From positions 2,272,136 through 2,336,135 of the forward strand of contig JBJBDC010000001.1 of NCBI GenBank assembly GCA_047285535.1: a stretch of 64,000 bases of DNA, in the 5' to 3' direction. The notes beneath the pieces were generated by a model, which was not told the DNA's origin, searched no databases, and saw nothing but the letters and a program-made list of their open reading frames with translations. Positions 8,602 to 19,896 of the stretch are shown here, piece after piece (position 1 is the stretch's first letter; each line of letters opens with the position of its first letter). Position numbers and translations under genes: made by a program. The stretch comes from Synechococcus sp. (lineage in GTDB: Bacteria; Cyanobacteriota; Cyanobacteriia; PCC-6307; Cyanobiaceae).

Positions 8602-9213
8602 TTGACCGCTGCTCAAGAGCAGGACATCCAGCTTCAGCGCCGCCTTCAGCAGGACAGCATTTTGCTTGCTGGGAAAACGATCTACATCAATCCATTCCTG
8701 TATTGGCGTCGTTTCGACAGCAATACAGATCGTTGGCTACGAGAACCAGGTCAGCTCTCTGAGGAGCAGATCGCGACCAATCGCGGTCGGTTTTATCCAG
8801 AGCTTGATTGGACATCTCTTAAGGACTCCGATCGGGAGATTAAGGATGGAGCTGTGGAGATGTTCCTCAAGAGCCTTGAGCTCATCGGGACGTTTCATCC
8901 TGAGCTCAGCTCCGGACACCTGCTTGAGGTGGAGCGGAAGATGGCGATCACCAAGAAGCGATCGTTCGAGCGCTGGGTTGAAAAGTCATACCGGCGTCGT
9001 GCCAAGCAGGAGACGCGGGAGCGACGTCGCTTTGTGCGTGACCGTTTTTGGCGGTCCTGGGGCGAGTGGCTTGCTTTAGAAGCCACTCACCACGCTTTGG
9101 CTCCAGCGGTGGCGTTATTGGTGCTTACGGGCGTTGGTGGTTGGTGGCTCGGGTCGTCAAATTCCAGTTGTCCAACACTTTTGCCTCCTACGGAGCAGAC
9201 TGGAGTTCGCTGA
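8602..9213 (+). CDS. Conserved picocyanobacterial hypothetical protein with C-terminal TM segment
   Basis: 203-aa ORF with backbone-like composition; first gene of the run leading to mrdA. Confidence 0.8.
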   Translation: MTAAQEQDIQLQRRLQQDSILLAGKTIYINPFLYWRRFDSNTDRWLREPGQLSEEQIATNRGRFYPELDWTSLKDSDREIKDGAVEMFLKSLELIGTFHPELSSGHLLEVERKMAITKKRSFERWVEKSYRRRAKQETRERRRFVRDRFWRSWGEWLALEATHHALAPAVALLVLTGVGGWWLGSSNSSCPTLLPPTEQTGVR

Positions 9214-9227
9214 ATTCGGTTCTGCTC

Positions 9228-9623
9228 ATGGCTGAGAGTCAACCGTTTGACACCTTGCGATTGACGTTGATGCAGGACGTATTACCCGTTGGGCTCGCTT
9301 TGGTTGAAAGAGTCCGTGCAGGTGGCCCAGGCAAGGTTATGGAAACGTTCACTTCGGGTGCGTCCGATCCTTTGCGCGAGTTGCGACATGAGGGTGAACC
9401 CGCGGCGAAAGATGTGCGTGAACGACTCGATCACTTGAGCCCAGGACTCGGTAATCCTGTGATGCCGGTGCAAGTTGCTGTGGAGGAGCCTTCATCGGAG
9501 GTACGAGATGTTCTTGACGAAGGCCGGTCTCCTGAGCAGGACGAACAGCAGTTGCATGAGGTCCTGGAGAGGATTACGCAGCGCCTTGAGGCCTTAGAGG
9601 CTCAGCTTGAGGAAGAGAGCTAA
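9228..9623 (+). CDS. Conserved hypothetical protein with coiled-coil C-terminus
   Basis: ATG 9228 (MAESQPFDTLRLTLMQDVLPVG), PGLGNPV motif; ends 5 bp before mrdA. Confidence 0.75.
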   Translation: MAESQPFDTLRLTLMQDVLPVGLALVERVRAGGPGKVMETFTSGASDPLRELRHEGEPAAKDVRERLDHLSPGLGNPVMPVQVAVEEPSSEVRDVLDEGRSPEQDEQQLHEVLERITQRLEALEAQLEEES

Positions 9624-9628
9624 AGGGT

Positions 9629-11434
9629 ATGACCCGCTCGGCTACGCCTCAGAGGGACAGTCAGCGTCAAAGCGGATCGCGTCAGCAGCCCTTGGTGTTG
9701 TTTGGATTGGTGCTGTTGTTTTGTGGCGCGATGGTGGCGCGGTTGGTATGGCTCCAGTTGTTGGAGGGGCCTCGCTATCGACAGTTGGCGGATGAAAATC
9801 GGATTCGTCTGGTACCCAGATCACCAACGCGAGGTCGTCTGCTGGATCGCAAAGGAAGGGTTTTAGCCTCCAGCAAGCTCACCTATTCGCTGTATGTGGA
9901 GCCGCGATTGGTGGATGACGCAGCGTGGCCTGAGTTGCGCGACCGCTTATCCAGTCTTTTAAATCTTGATTCCGTCACCTTGGATCAGCGCCGCCAGTCG
10001 GCTCCTGATCGCAACGGCTATCGCATCAATTTGGCAACAGAACTCACCCCCGAGCAGGTGCTGCGCTTCCGTGAGCAGTCCCTCGGCCTCAAAGGAGCCC
10101 AAGTGGATGTGGATATTCTTCGCTTGTATCCCCATGGGACACTCGCAGCCCATGCTCTGGGCTACACCCAGCCAATTACGGAGGAGGAATACAAAGCCCT
10201 TGCCGATCGCGGTTACGAGATTCGCGACCGCATCGGCCGGATCGGTGTAGAGGCTGCCTATGAGTCGCATTTGCGTGGTCAGTGGGGTGGGCAAATGCTC
10301 GAAGTGAATGCGATGGGTGAGGTGCAGAGGCATCTTGGTGATCGCCCCTCTGTGGCCGGTAAGGATCTAACGCTCACTCTTGATCTCGATCTGCAGAAGA
10401 CAGCTGAGAAAGCTTTGGCTGACAAACCTGGGGGCGCAATCGTGGCCATGGACCCTCGTAATGGAGCGATCTTGGCCTTAGCGAGTAAGCCCAATTTTGA
10501 CCCTAATTTTTTCTCCAAGCTGGTGACGACCCAGAAGGAGTACGACGCTCTGTTCTCCAATCCGCGCAAGCCTTTGTTGAGCCGAGCGATGAATGCTTAT
10601 GACCCTGGCAGCACGTGGAAGCCTGTGACGGCGATGGCTGGGATGGCGACTGGAAAATTTCCTCCTGAGGTGAAGTTGAACACGACTGCTTGCATCACGT
10701 ATGGAGGGCACTGCTTCCCGGATCACAATGGTGCCGGATTTGGACGGATTGGTTATGCCGATGCCTTGCGCTTCTCCAGCAATACATTTTTCTATCAAGT
10801 CGGAGTTGGTGCAGGTTCTTTAGCTCTCAAAAAGGCTGCTACCCAGCTTGGTTTTGGACGTAAGACGGGCATTGAGATCGGTTGGGAAGAGAACGTTGGT
10901 CTTGTGGGAGATGAAGACTGGGCTGCGGCAGGGCGGGGCTGGGCAAAACCTGGTTCCACACCCTGGATCCCAGAGGACATGGCCTCTGCTTCGATTGGGC
11001 AGTCGGTGGTGCAGATCACCCCTCTTCAATTGGCGCGGGCTTATTCCGTGTTTGCGAATGGTGGGTGGCTGGTGACTCCTCATCTGGCCGATCAAGGTTT
11101 GGATTGGACGGCTCCATCCCGGCGTACCAAGGTGCCGATCAAGCCATCAACCTTGGCCAAAATCCGTGAAGGATTGCGCAAGGTGGTGGAGGACGGCACC
11201 GGTTACGGCCTCAATGGGGAGGGGATTCCTCCTGCGGCTGGTAAGACCGGCACAGCGGAAGACAGCACGGGCGGTCCGGATCATGCCTGGTTTGCCAGTT
11301 ATGCCCCGTACCCGAATGGCGAAATTGTGGTGGTTGCTTTTGCTCAGAACACGCCTGGGGGAGGTTCCGTGCATGCACTTCCGATGGCCAAGAAAGTGAT
11401 TGAGGTGTGGAACCGCAATCGCAAGCAGAATTGA
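9629..11434 (+). CDS. mrdA: Penicillin-binding protein 2
   Basis: N-terminal TM, RGRLLDRKG, PGSTWK (SxxK), SSN (SxN) and KTGTAE. Confidence 0.95.
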   Translation: MTRSATPQRDSQRQSGSRQQPLVLFGLVLLFCGAMVARLVWLQLLEGPRYRQLADENRIRLVPRSPTRGRLLDRKGRVLASSKLTYSLYVEPRLVDDAAWPELRDRLSSLLNLDSVTLDQRRQSAPDRNGYRINLATELTPEQVLRFREQSLGLKGAQVDVDILRLYPHGTLAAHALGYTQPITEEEYKALADRGYEIRDRIGRIGVEAAYESHLRGQWGGQMLEVNAMGEVQRHLGDRPSVAGKDLTLTLDLDLQKTAEKALADKPGGAIVAMDPRNGAILALASKPNFDPNFFSKLVTTQKEYDALFSNPRKPLLSRAMNAYDPGSTWKPVTAMAGMATGKFPPEVKLNTTACITYGGHCFPDHNGAGFGRIGYADALRFSSNTFFYQVGVGAGSLALKKAATQLGFGRKTGIEIGWEENVGLVGDEDWAAAGRGWAKPGSTPWIPEDMASASIGQSVVQITPLQLARAYSVFANGGWLVTPHLADQGLDWTAPSRRTKVPIKPSTLAKIREGLRKVVEDGTGYGLNGEGIPPAAGKTGTAEDSTGGPDHAWFASYAPYPNGEIVVVAFAQNTPGGGSVHALPMAKKVIEVWNRNRKQN

Positions 11435-11435
11435 T

Positions 11436-12611
11436 TTATGCCGCCGAGCTGATGTCTGAGGAGAGCACTTGGCGGTAATAGCCGCGTAGCTGTTCCGTGG
11501 CCCCAGCCCATCCCCAACGTTCGGCTTCCGAGCGGGCGGCATTGCGGAGGGCTTGCCGCTCGAGGTCATTGCCAAGCAGTTTTCCGGTGGCTTCGATCAA
11601 GCTGGCAGCACCTGCATCGTCTCCATCCGGTTCGTAGAGACACCCGTTCACACCATCGGTGATGATGTCTGGAATCCCGCCCCGATTGGCGCCCACGACT
11701 GGGCAACCTGCTGCCATCGCTTCAAGCAAAACAAGACCAAGGGTTTCGGTGCTGGAAGGGAAGAGGAACGCATCACCGCTGGCGTAGGCACCGGCTAGTT
11801 CTTCGCCGGCGAGATATCCCACGAAGGTGGTGGCGGTTCCTTCGAAATGTTTTTCAAGCTGCTGCCGGTGGGGACCGTCACCTACGAGCGCAAGCCGAGT
11901 GTCGGGCAAAGCCTCGAGGACTGGACGGATTCGCTCGATTTGCTTTTCTGCAGAGAGCCGACCTACATAAAGCAGAAGAGCATCGCGGTCGTCGTATTCA
12001 CCATGCAGGCGTTTACGGAGTTCTGAGCTACGCAACTCCGGTCGGAATAGTTCTGTGTCTACGCCTCGCTGCCAGAGGGCGGTGTGCTGGATGCCCTTAT
12101 CGCTGAGTTCCTTCACCATTGCGGTGGAGGTGCACAGATTCAGCACAGCTTGGTTATGAGCCGCTTTCAGGAGCTCCCAGAGCAAGGGTTCGAGCATCCC
12201 CATGCCGTAGTGCTCGAGATACTTCGGAAGATGGGTGTGGTAGCTGGCCATCAGGGGGATGGCCTTGGTCTTGGCGAGCCAGATGCCTCCTAATCCAAGG
12301 ACTGCTGGATTGACAACGTGGATCAGGTCTGGATGAAATTGATCAATAGCATCGGAGACAGCCGGACGGGGTAAGGCCAGCTTGAGCTCTGGGTACAGCG
12401 GCAAGGGCATGGCGGGAACGCCAACGACTTTGGCCCCCATGTAGTGATTGGGTGCGCCTTCCGGGCAGAACACCACCACCTCATCTCCCCCATCGACCAG
12501 ATGCTTCACCGTTTTCGTAAGCCGAGTGACGATGCCGTCGACTTTGGGCAGAAACGTTTCGGTAAAGAAGGCGATTTTCAAAGGTTCGTCCCGATTAGGA
12601 GGCGTTGCCAA
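11436..12611 (-). CDS. sqdX: GT4 glycosyltransferase, sulfoquinovosyldiacylglycerol synthase
   Basis: KIAFFTETFLPKVDGIV and ETLGLVLLEAMAAG; directly downstream of sqdB. Start uncertain. Confidence 0.88.
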   Translation of the reverse strand: MATPPNRDEPLKIAFFTETFLPKVDGIVTRLTKTVKHLVDGGDEVVVFCPEGAPNHYMGAKVVGVPAMPLPLYPELKLALPRPAVSDAIDQFHPDLIHVVNPAVLGLGGIWLAKTKAIPLMASYHTHLPKYLEHYGMGMLEPLLWELLKAAHNQAVLNLCTSTAMVKELSDKGIQHTALWQRGVDTELFRPELRSSELRKRLHGEYDDRDALLLYVGRLSAEKQIERIRPVLEALPDTRLALVGDGPHRQQLEKHFEGTATTFVGYLAGEELAGAYASGDAFLFPSSTETLGLVLLEAMAAGCPVVGANRGGIPDIITDGVNGCLYEPDGDDAGAASLIEATGKLLGNDLERQALRNAARSEAERWGWAGATEQLRGYYRQVLSSDISSAA

Positions 12612-13791
12612 TGGCTTGAGCTTGCGTTTTGGTCCAGGCGGATGTGCAGAGGATACGATCGCGATCGCAACGATCAGCGAAGCGGGTGGCGATTTCCACC
12701 ACTTCTTTCAAGAGACCGTCATCGAGGGTTGTGGGGTTGAGCCCTAGCTCAATGAAACAACGGTTGTCGACAATCAGGTCGTTTTCAACGGCTTCATTGC
12801 GGGGGTTGGGCAGATGATTCACCTTGGTTCCTGTGAGGGCTGCCACCTTCTTGGCCAGTTCGCCCACCTGATGGCTTTCGGTCATCTGATTGAAGATCTT
12901 GACTCGTTCGCCTTGCTCTGGGGGGTTGTCCAGGGCCAGCTGGACGCAGCGCACTGAATCGCGGATGTGAATGAAGGCACGGGTCTGGCCGCCAGTGCCG
13001 TGTACGGTCAGCGGGTAGCCAATCGCTGCCTGCATGAGGAAGCGGTTGAGCACGGTGCCGTAGTCACCGTCGTAATCAAAACGGTTGGTCAGCCGTGGGT
13101 CGCGATCCGTTGCTTCTGTATTCGTGCCCCAGACGATGCCCTGGTGGAGGTCGGTGATTCTGACCTTGTCGTTTTTGTTGTAGTAAAGGAAGAGCAGCTG
13201 ATCCAGCGTCTTGGTCATGTGATAGACGCTGCCAGGGCTGGCTGGGTGAAGGATCTCCTCCTCGAAGCGACTGCCGTCAGGTTGGGGTACTTCCACTTTG
13301 AGATAGCCCTCGGGAATGGTGGCGCCACGGTGGGAGCCATACCCGTACACACCCATGGTGCCGAGGTGCACCACATGGATGTCTCGCCCGGATTCCACGA
13401 TCGCTGCAAGCAGGTTGTGGGTGCCGTTCACATTGTTGTCAACGGTGTAGCGCTTGGTGGAGCTGCTCTTCATCGAGTAGGGAGCTGCGCGCTGCTCGGC
13501 GAAGTGGACGATCGAATCGGGTTGTTCCTCGATGATCAGATCCAGAAGACGTTGGTATTCGTGCGCAATGTCCATGTGCACGAAGCGCATGGGCCTACCG
13601 CCAGTGCTTTTCCATGCATTGAGGCGCTCGCCGATGCTCACGATCGGCGTAAGTGATTCCACCTCAAGGTCGATGTCGATCTTGCGTCGGCTGAGGTTGT
13701 CCACGATCACAACGTCGTGACCCTGGTCCGCCAAATTCACCGCACAAGGCCAACCGCAGAAGCCGTCACCACCTAAAACGAGAACTTTCAC
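12595..13791 (-). CDS. sqdB: UDP-sulfoquinovose synthase
   Basis: GGDGFCGW, HFAEQRAAPYSM, HLGTMGVYG and YHMTK; GTG start at 13791. Confidence 0.95.
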   Translation of the reverse strand: MKVLVLGGDGFCGWPCAVNLADQGHDVVIVDNLSRRKIDIDLEVESLTPIVSIGERLNAWKSTGGRPMRFVHMDIAHEYQRLLDLIIEEQPDSIVHFAEQRAAPYSMKSSSTKRYTVDNNVNGTHNLLAAIVESGRDIHVVHLGTMGVYGYGSHRGATIPEGYLKVEVPQPDGSRFEEEILHPASPGSVYHMTKTLDQLLFLYYNKNDKVRITDLHQGIVWGTNTEATDRDPRLTNRFDYDGDYGTVLNRFLMQAAIGYPLTVHGTGGQTRAFIHIRDSVRCVQLALDNPPEQGERVKIFNQMTESHQVGELAKKVAALTGTKVNHLPNPRNEAVENDLIVDNRCFIELGLNPTTLDDGLLKEVVEIATRFADRCDRDRILCTSAWTKTQAQAIGNAS

Positions 13792-13848
13792 CCAAACTCC
13801 TGCTGAAGCGAGCAAGCCGCTGATTTCTGGCAAGCTACTACAGGGTTT

Positions 13849-14016
13849 TCAGCTCACGGCCACAGACAGAGCCATCAGAGCGACAACCAGCACTGCTCCG
13901 GCGATGACCAGGAGCCGAGAGCTGGTGCTGCGAGAGGCTTCTTCGCTGATCACTTCCATGCGAGGTTCCTTTGCGAAGGCGTTCAGACGGCCGCCATCTT
14001 CTTTAGTGACCTGCAT
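13849..14016 (-). CDS. psb34: Ssl1498/Psb34-family PSII assembly small protein
   Basis: EDGGRLNAFAKEPRM motif followed by one C-terminal TM helix. Confidence 0.75.
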   Translation of the reverse strand: MQVTKEDGGRLNAFAKEPRMEVISEEASRSTSSRLLVIAGAVLVVALMALSVAVS

Positions 14017-14125
14017 GGATCGCACTACAACTGAACGGGACCTTATGGATTTAATCGTTGTTGCGCTCACACTCCTTTACGTCTCGAGACATGCTGTTAC
14101 AAGTTGGTGTCCGTATTGAGTGCCT

Positions 14126-14938
14126 CTAGGCGTTGATGCGTCCGCTGATGGGGGAGCTGGGAGAAGCATCTGTGCGGGGCGGCAGCCGACCTGCCAGCAA
14201 GGCCTGACGTCCTGCCTGCACGGCAGCAGCCATCGCTTCTGCCATCAGAGGAGGTTGTCCTGCAAGGGCGATGGCGCTGTTGATGAGAACGGCATCAGCG
14301 CCCATTTCCAACGCTTGGGCGGCATCGCTTGGTACGCCGATGCCTGCATCCACCACCACCGGCACGCAGGCATTTTCAATGATCAGGCCAATATTGGCGG
14401 CATTGCGTAAGCCTTGCCCTGAGCCTATCGGTGATCCCAGCGGCATCACAGTGGCGCAGCCAACGTCTTCTAAGCGTTTGGCGAGTAACGGATCGGCATT
14501 GATGTATGGCAGCACGGTGAAGCCTTCTTGAACCAGTGTTTCTGCTGCTTCCAGCGTTCCAAACGGATCGGGCAGCAAGTGATGGCTGTCAGGGATCACT
14601 TCTAATTTGACAAAAGTGTTGTTTTCCTGACCAGCCAGTTTCGCTAGTTCCCGGCCAAGCCTGGCGACGCGCACAGCTTCTTCCGCGTTGGTGCAGCCCG
14701 CTGTGTTGGGGAGCATCCAGATTCGGGTCCAGTCAATCGCTTGCATCAGGCCTTCATGCCCCTCAGCGACAGCCTGAACCCGTCTCACGGCGACGGTGAC
14801 CATATCGCAGCCTGATTTCTCCAGGCTGTTTTTCATTGTTTCCAGGCTTGGGTATTTGCCTGTTCCCGTGATCAGCCTGCTTTGAAAACTGCGCCCTCCA
14901 ATCAGGAGTGCATCGTCGTGAAAGTGGGTCGAATCCAT
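14126..14938 (-). CDS. thiG: Thiazole synthase
   Basis: [34 protein letters not shown] and VVVDAGIG. Confidence 0.97.
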   Translation of the reverse strand: MDSTHFHDDALLIGGRSFQSRLITGTGKYPSLETMKNSLEKSGCDMVTVAVRRVQAVAEGHEGLMQAIDWTRIWMLPNTAGCTNAEEAVRVARLGRELAKLAGQENNTFVKLEVIPDSHHLLPDPFGTLEAAETLVQEGFTVLPYINADPLLAKRLEDVGCATVMPLGSPIGSGQGLRNAANIGLIIENACVPVVVDAGIGVPSDAAQALEMGADAVLINSAIALAGQPPLMAEAMAAAVQAGRQALLAGRLPPRTDASPSSPISGRINA

Positions 14939-15031
14939 AGTGGTCAGTTGCGGTTTGGTTGGAGAACCGGATCTTTATGTGGTCAAGCAGGCCGCAACCG
15001 CTCTACCGTGCGCCCATCATCTATTCCATCC

Positions 15032-15571
15032 ATGCCCGTTCCTCCTGTCATGGACGTACCGGTCGATATTCAAGTGCCGGTCAATATTCAGGCACCGTTT
15101 GAGGCTCCACCGCCATTTGACAGTTCACAACCGGTGCTTCCTCTGGTTCTTGACGAATCGGTTGAAAGGTTTGATCCGGTTGCACGAGCGTCTTATCTTG
15201 CCGAAACATTGCCCAAGCAATGGTGCGGAAATTACACCGCATTTGATTCGAATTCCACCGTGGATGTGGAGTTGACGCTTGCCAGCGTGAAACCCATGGG
15301 TCAGATGGTTGATTTGCGTGGTGATATGCGTATTGGTTCGATTTCAACGGCTGTGCAGGGGAACCTCAATGCTAAGTCTGATCAGCTTGATCTTCTTCCC
15401 TTGTCTCCAGTGCTTACGAATGACTTGGAGATTGGCGGAAGGTTTCTAGGAATGCAGGGTTTCTCTCTCGCTGGTTGGGAGGCCCCAAGATTAACCAATA
15501 CTGGTGGCAGGCTTGACCTTTCCTCCAGCTGTACCAGCTTAGAATCCGCGCCCATCAGAGCTCTTTGGTGA
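15032..15571 (+). CDS. Conserved hypothetical protein
   Basis: Long ORF with VQGNLNAKSDQLDLLPL and TGGRLDL segments; start uncertain. Confidence 0.65.
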   Translation: MPVPPVMDVPVDIQVPVNIQAPFEAPPPFDSSQPVLPLVLDESVERFDPVARASYLAETLPKQWCGNYTAFDSNSTVDVELTLASVKPMGQMVDLRGDMRIGSISTAVQGNLNAKSDQLDLLPLSPVLTNDLEIGGRFLGMQGFSLAGWEAPRLTNTGGRLDLSSSCTSLESAPIRALW

Positions 15572-16114
15572 AGCCTTGAGAGAGCTATTACCTTTTGAGC
15601 CGGCGCGTTCCAAACGTTTTAATCGCTTGCTTGCCGTTTTGTTGTTTGGATCAAGAGCAAGCACTTGGCGATAAAGGGAACAAGCTTCTTCCTTTTCTAA
15701 AAGACGTTCTTGAGCAAAGGCAAGGTTATTAATAGCGACTGGATAATCCTCTTTTGCTCGTAGTGCAGCTTTGTAATGGCGTACTGCAGTACTGAAGTCT
15801 TTCTCGGCAGCTAAGGCATAGCCCAAGGCATTCTGAATGAGAGCGCGTGCTTCATCTGGCTCTTCGTTGAGGCTTTTAAGGGCTTGGCGCAACGTAATAA
15901 TTGCCTGAGGGTAAAGACGCTTGCGCAACTGCACTGATGCGAGTTCGTATAAAGCACTTGCGTCTTTTGAGGATGCAATTTTGTTTTGCTCCATTGTGCG
16001 CAAGCTTTGTTCATCGCGACGAACGCGAAAAAACTGACGACCCGCGACAACCGCAACGATCGCCAAAAGGCCAATCAGGCCCAGTAAATAGGTCTGCGGC
16101 AAAAGAGCGTTCAT
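15539..16114 (-). CDS. TPR protein with N-terminal TM (Ycf37-like)
   Basis: TPR helices LYELASVQLRKRLY, NALGYALA and AINNLAFA; lies downstream of rplT. Confidence 0.8.
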   Translation of the reverse strand: MNALLPQTYLLGLIGLLAIVAVVAGRQFFRVRRDEQSLRTMEQNKIASSKDASALYELASVQLRKRLYPQAIITLRQALKSLNEEPDEARALIQNALGYALAAEKDFSTAVRHYKAALRAKEDYPVAINNLAFAQERLLEKEEACSLYRQVLALDPNNKTASKRLKRLERAGSKGNSSLKASPKSSDGRGF

Positions 16115-16150
16115 TTCAGTGCCAAGAAACGTCCGATTAAGGACTGGTCA

Positions 16151-16498
16151 TTACCCCTGAGTGGCGTTGACGACGGAGGCAAAACTTGCGGGATCCACCA
16201 CTGCCATCTGAGCCAACATTTTTCGGTTGATGCGCACATCGGCTTTTTTAAGACCACCGATCAAACGGCTGTAACTCACGCCATTGATTCGTGCTGCAGC
16301 ATTGATCCTTGCAATCCATAGGCGACGGAAATCACGCTTGCGACGACGTCGGTCGCGGTAGGCATTGCAAAGCGCTTTCATCACGCGTTGGTTAGCCGTG
16401 CGGAAGAGTGTTCCGTTGCTGCCCTGGAATCCACGGGCTAAACGAAGAATTTTATTGCGACGTTTACGGGCAACATTGCCTCTCTTGACGCGAGCCAT
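16151..16498 (-). CDS. rplT: 50S ribosomal protein L20
   Basis: [14 protein letters not shown] and [17 protein letters not shown]. Confidence 0.99.
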   Translation of the reverse strand: MARVKRGNVARKRRNKILRLARGFQGSNGTLFRTANQRVMKALCNAYRDRRRRKRDFRRLWIARINAAARINGVSYSRLIGGLKKADVRINRKMLAQMAVVDPASFASVVNATQG

Positions 16499-16573
16499 GA
16501 ATCAGATGTGGAGAAATTAAACGGGAAAAAAGGTCCTGCATTGTGGACGACCTAGCAGGAATGAACGCAGAGC

Positions 16574-16771
16574 CTAGGCGTAGGGCATCATCAGAGTGAC
16601 GCGTTCCTCATCGGTTCGGTCAACAACTGCTTTCGTCTTGAGATGACGTTTCTGCTTTGGCGATTTGTGGTCGAGAAGGTGATTGTGGAAGGCCCTGCGA
16701 CGCATAAACTTGCCAGTGCCAGTTGCTTTGAACCGCTTGGCGGCTGCTTTGCGGGTCTTGAGCTTGGGCAT
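16574..16771 (-). CDS. rpmI: 50S ribosomal protein L35
   Basis: [21 protein letters not shown]; 65 aa from ATG 16771. Confidence 0.98.
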   Translation of the reverse strand: MPKLKTRKAAAKRFKATGTGKFMRRRAFHNHLLDHKSPKQKRHLKTKAVVDRTDEERVTLMMPYA

Positions 16772-16871
16772 GGGTCTGGCTGCACGTGGCATAAGCGACA
16801 ACCATAGAACGTTGCCTTCCGTTCGGCCAATCGTTTCTGGCCACGTCATGCTGAATTGAGTTGCAGCGCAA

Positions 16872-18464
16872 GTGTCCTTGACTCCTCTCTCTGGCTGGCC
16901 GAAGCGTCAGGTTTTCGTGCCGCTGATTTTGGTCAGTGCGATCGCCTGCAGTTGTCGTGCTCAAGAGACGTCGCTTGAGCCTGGACTTCCTCCTGCTATC
17001 GCGACCCACCGATCGGTGCCTCGACCCCCCAATGTTGATGAGGCGCCTTTGTGGGTGGCATTGGCTGACCATCTTGGACGTGGCACCAAGACCCAGCGAT
17101 CCGCTCCTTTGCTGACTTTGAATGCGGCTGGCCAGGAGCCCTTGCGCTTGAGGGATGGATCCGGCGCCGATGTTGCTGAGGGAAGGACGTTGCGCCTCAG
17201 TTGGCGACTGGCTCCCCTGGAGTCACCTCTGGAGATTGCCCGTCAGATTGCGGGTCCTTTTGCCAGCTTTGAATCAGCTGATCGTGTTGCGGGTCAATGG
17301 CGTGATCGTGGTGTCGCCGCTCGTGTGGCTCACCCTGGTGAGTGGGAGGTTTGGGCGCCTTTTGATGCAGAGCTTCTGGATGGGGTTTCCGTTCGGCCTT
17401 GGCTTCGCACCTTGACCACTGAGATCAAAGCCGTGCTTGAGGGTCCCACTGGTGGTCGAACCCTACAGGGTCCGCTGACGCTCGAGGCGCCGAATGGTCT
17501 GCTTTGGCAAGGAGGGGTTTTACAAGGACCATTTCGTCTTCAGCAAGATGCCTATGGCACTTGGACGTTGTTGGAACAAGTCCCCCTAGAGCGTTACTTA
17601 GAGGGTGTGGTTCCCCATGAAATTGGCGCTGGGTCTCCGACAGCGGCGCTGCAGGCGCAAGCGGTCCTTGCTCGCACCTGGGCGCTGGCTAACAGCCATC
17701 GTTTTGCCATTGATGGATATCACCTATGCAGTGATACACAGTGCCAGGTTTACAGCGATCCTCGTCAAGCGAGTGTTGCGGTACGTGAGGCCATTCGTGC
17801 CACAGCTGGAAAGGTGCTGACGTGGAATGACGAGCCCATCCAAGCTTGGTATCACGCTAGCAATGGGGGTGTGATGGCCGGAGGAGAGGAGGCCTGGGCT
17901 ATGGATTCACTGCCTTACGTACAGGCCCGTGCGGATGGTTCAGAGGCATGGACGAGTGGCGTGACTTTGCCACTTCAGGACGCCTCCGCTTTGAGTTCCA
18001 TCCTTTTAAGAAGCGATGGTGCCTATGGCACGAGTCATCCTCGTTTTCGTTGGACTCGGATCTACAGCTCTGCGCAGATCGCACAGGCCTTGCGTGCTGC
18101 TGGTCTGTCTACTGGAGATCCCAGTGCCATAAGGGTGCAGGAGCGTGGAGCCAGTGGAAGGGTGCTGGCTCTTGACGTCGAGATGGGTCGTGACGGTGAT
18201 GCCGTCAGGTTGCGACTTGATGGCATCCGTCGGACCCTGCGCCGCCTGCCCAGCACATTGTTTGTGGTTGAGAAGCTGGGCGCTGATCGTTGGCGATTTC
18301 AGGGTGGAGGATTTGGCCATGGAGTAGGCCTGTCCCAGGCTGGTGCCATTGACCTAGCGGTTCGTGGTTGGAGCGCTGAGCAGATCCTCAGCCACTACTA
18401 CCCCGGGACAACATTGACCACAGTCCAGCGTTCTGAGAGTTCTCTGTCTGACAAGGCCCCTTAA
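16872..18464 (+). CDS. SpoIID/LytB-domain protein
   Basis: [44 protein letters not shown] and ILSHYYPG. Confidence 0.92.
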   Translation: MSLTPLSGWPKRQVFVPLILVSAIACSCRAQETSLEPGLPPAIATHRSVPRPPNVDEAPLWVALADHLGRGTKTQRSAPLLTLNAAGQEPLRLRDGSGADVAEGRTLRLSWRLAPLESPLEIARQIAGPFASFESADRVAGQWRDRGVAARVAHPGEWEVWAPFDAELLDGVSVRPWLRTLTTEIKAVLEGPTGGRTLQGPLTLEAPNGLLWQGGVLQGPFRLQQDAYGTWTLLEQVPLERYLEGVVPHEIGAGSPTAALQAQAVLARTWALANSHRFAIDGYHLCSDTQCQVYSDPRQASVAVREAIRATAGKVLTWNDEPIQAWYHASNGGVMAGGEEAWAMDSLPYVQARADGSEAWTSGVTLPLQDASALSSILLRSDGAYGTSHPRFRWTRIYSSAQIAQALRAAGLSTGDPSAIRVQERGASGRVLALDVEMGRDGDAVRLRLDGIRRTLRRLPSTLFVVEKLGADRWRFQGGGFGHGVGLSQAGAIDLAVRGWSAEQILSHYYPGTTLTTVQRSESSLSDKAP

Positions 18465-18467
18465 AAT

Positions 18468-19856
18468 TTGATGCATTCGAACGTTGAGAGGGTTGTGGCC
18501 GCAGGGACAGGCGATCGCCGACGCGGCAAGACAGCCTTGTTTGTGGTGGCTTGCGGTTGTGTGGGTGCTGCTCCTCACTGGCTGGATCCCTCTAGGAGCC
18601 TGATTCCATCCATCACCCTGGCAATTGTGCTCGGTGGATATTCCCTAAGTACGGCGCTACGCGGCTCTGGTGAGAGCAGCTTCTCCAGCATCAGTACTTC
18701 TGCAAAGGATGGGGATGAAGCCTCCGGGTTGGACCCTGCTCTCGTTGACAGCTTCACCGCTTGGCCGAACGTGGATGTGGTAGTTGCCGCAAGGGATGAG
18801 GAAGCCGTGGTGACGCGTCTTATGGAACGTCTCGGGGCGCTGCGCTACCCAGCTGATCGACTCACGACCTGGATCGTGGATGACGGCAGCCAAGACAAAA
18901 CACCAGATCTACTGAATGAACTGAAGCCTCGATACCCCAACTTGAATGTGATTCGCCGTCAACGCAATGAAGGAGGTGGCAAGTCTGGTGCTTTGAATGC
19001 TGCGTTGGCTCAAAGCAGTGGGGAATGGATTCTTGTGCTTGATGCCGATGGTCAAATCAGTGACGATCAGCTGGAACGTTTGATCCCGATCGCCGTACTG
19101 GGCGATTGGTCAGCGTTGCAGATGCGCAAGGCGGTCACAAACGCGGACACTAATCTCCTCACGCGGGCGCAGGCCATGGAGATGGCTTTTGATGCGCTGA
19201 TTCAGCAGGGCAGGCTTTTGGGTGGAGGCGTCGCTGAACTGCGTGGCAATGGTCAGTTGCTGCGCCGGGATGTGTTGGAAGCCTGCGGCGGCTTCAATGA
19301 GGACACCGTCACCGACGATCTCGACCTGAGTTTTCGTTTTCTGCTTCAGGGTGCTAGCACGGTCGTTCTTTGGAATCCACCGGTGAGAGAAGAAGCGGTG
19401 GAAACGGTTTCGGCGCTTTGGAAGCAGAGACAGCGTTGGGCGGAAGGAGGGTTGCAGCGCTTTTTTGATTACTGGCCAGGGCTGTTGTCAGATCGGCTGA
19501 CGCCCAGTCAACGCCGCGACCTGGTTTGTTTTTTCTTGCTTCAGTACGCCTTGCCCGTGCTCTCCTTGGCTGACTTGATCACCAGTGCATTCATGAGAAC
19601 AACTCCCGCGTATTGGCCATTGTCGATCGCGGCATTCAGTGTCTCCGGCCTGGCCTATTGGAGAGGGTGCAGGCGCTTCAGTGAGGGTCCTGACCTGCCC
19701 AAACCCAATCCCTTGTCATTGCTTTTGGGTATTGCCTACCTCGGTCATTGGTTCTTGGTGATTCCATGGGTCACCCTGCGAATGGCGCTACTGCCGAAGA
19801 GTTTGGTCTGGGCAAAAACGAGTCATCGTGGCAGTGAGGAGACGGTGGAAGTCTGA
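18468..19856 (+). CDS. GT2 glycosyltransferase, possibly monoglucosyldiacylglycerol synthase (MgdA-like)
   Basis: DDGS, GGKSGALN, DAD, TDDLD and QRQRWAEGG motifs; TM segments. Confidence 0.85.
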   Translation: MMHSNVERVVAAGTGDRRRGKTALFVVACGCVGAAPHWLDPSRSLIPSITLAIVLGGYSLSTALRGSGESSFSSISTSAKDGDEASGLDPALVDSFTAWPNVDVVVAARDEEAVVTRLMERLGALRYPADRLTTWIVDDGSQDKTPDLLNELKPRYPNLNVIRRQRNEGGGKSGALNAALAQSSGEWILVLDADGQISDDQLERLIPIAVLGDWSALQMRKAVTNADTNLLTRAQAMEMAFDALIQQGRLLGGGVAELRGNGQLLRRDVLEACGGFNEDTVTDDLDLSFRFLLQGASTVVLWNPPVREEAVETVSALWKQRQRWAEGGLQRFFDYWPGLLSDRLTPSQRRDLVCFFLLQYALPVLSLADLITSAFMRTTPAYWPLSIAAFSVSGLAYWRGCRRFSEGPDLPKPNPLSLLLGIAYLGHWFLVIPWVTLRMALLPKSLVWAKTSHRGSEETVEV

Positions 19857-19896
19857 AGCACCACTGTTTAAATCTCCAAAACCCTTTCCGGTGCAA

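Noticed and set aside
12967..13656. Long antisense ORFs (this one, 27310-27969, 28178-28930 and others)
   Set aside because: They are shadow frames opposite well-supported genes in GC-rich DNA and have no recognisable motifs.
17340..17347. Another GAGTGGGA att-like core
   Set aside because: It lies inside the intact SpoIID gene as a chance 8-mer, which also tempers the 7955 match.
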